From: Mytilus californianus
Lineage: Eukaryota
Direction of reading: 5' to 3'
Assembly: GCF_021869535.1 (NCBI RefSeq)
Contig: NW_026262723.1
Coordinates: forward strand, 41,168,001-41,232,000
DNA: 64,000 bases
The position numbers and the translations under genes are program-made. Below are positions 63,333 through 64,000 of the stretch, in pieces (the stretch's first letter is position 1; every line of letters starts with the position of its first letter). The notes beneath the pieces are model-generated. The model saw nothing but the letters and a program-made list of their open reading frames with translations, made no database searches and had not been told where the DNA came from.

Positions 63333-64000
63333 ATTGTTTATATCATTTATCTCTGATCCTTGTGTATTTTTTTTGTTGAGTAAAAATTCCACCTTATGGT
63401 TTATTTTGTTTACAACAATATTTTATTTTAAATAGAGATAAGATTGGTCGGTCTAGAATAGAAATACTGTGTCTGGGAAGGCACAGTGACATGTCTTCCT
63501 ATAGACTGTTAACTTGTGAACTACATAAATATAGCAGGTAAGGAATCTGGTTCAGCGAGTTGGTTTAGTAAAAAGCAGGGTTAATTTTCATATCGCAATA
63601 AAATGATCTCGTCCTGAATATTCATTTAACGCTTAACAGCCATCCATTATCATTTTTGCAATGAAAAGTATTACGGTAGGTAAAGTGTCTGGTCGATATT
63701 GTTGGTGTTTTTTTTCGAGTGAATTGATCGAATCATTTCAAGTACAACCACGTTTTTTTTTCGCGTTAATACGAGAGAAAGTATAAATTAACGGTATGGG
63801 TCCATGTCAGCAAGTAAAGTATTTTGAACTTTTATTAACATATGTAAAACATGTCTTAGGAGAAACCGGTATGGATTAGGACACTTTAAAGAAATATCCC
63901 TCACAAAAAGATAACTAAAACTATAAGAGAACAAATAAAATTGAAGCATTTTTATGAAAAACTAGTAAATGATAAAATATCAGATATAAAGGATAACAGC

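Overview
AT-rich metazoan genomic DNA. The repeat families suggest a bivalve, probably a mytilid mussel (inference only). Five protein-coding genes can be reconstructed with canonical GT-AG splice sites: (1) PP2A catalytic subunit, minus strand, 7 exons, 312 aa, head-to-head with (2) RACK1, plus strand, 7 exons, 317 aa; (3) a 140-aa WBP1/VOPP1-type single-pass membrane protein ending in PPxY, minus strand, 5 small exons mostly missed by the ORF track, head-to-head with (4) a BTB-BACK-Kelch gene with a single coding exon; (5) a convergent Kelch gene with an unusual tandem BTB-BTB-BACK-Kelch layout. The most interesting signal is five box C/D snoRNA candidates of two families in RACK1 introns. 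All use a co-varied non-canonical box pair (C=AUGAUUA, D=AUGA), and their terminal stems show compensatory changes. One family is predicted to guide 5.8S Gm75 (SNORD96-like, same host gene as in vertebrates) through a short, apparently split guide. The other pairs with 18S around U169 (human numbering). Much of the window is non-autonomous transposable elements: five Helentron/DINE-1-like families (often nested, one with a higher-order satellite array), PIF/Harbinger-, Tc1/mariner-, EnSpm- and hAT-type MITEs, two decayed hAT transposases, a V-type SINE and retroelement tails.
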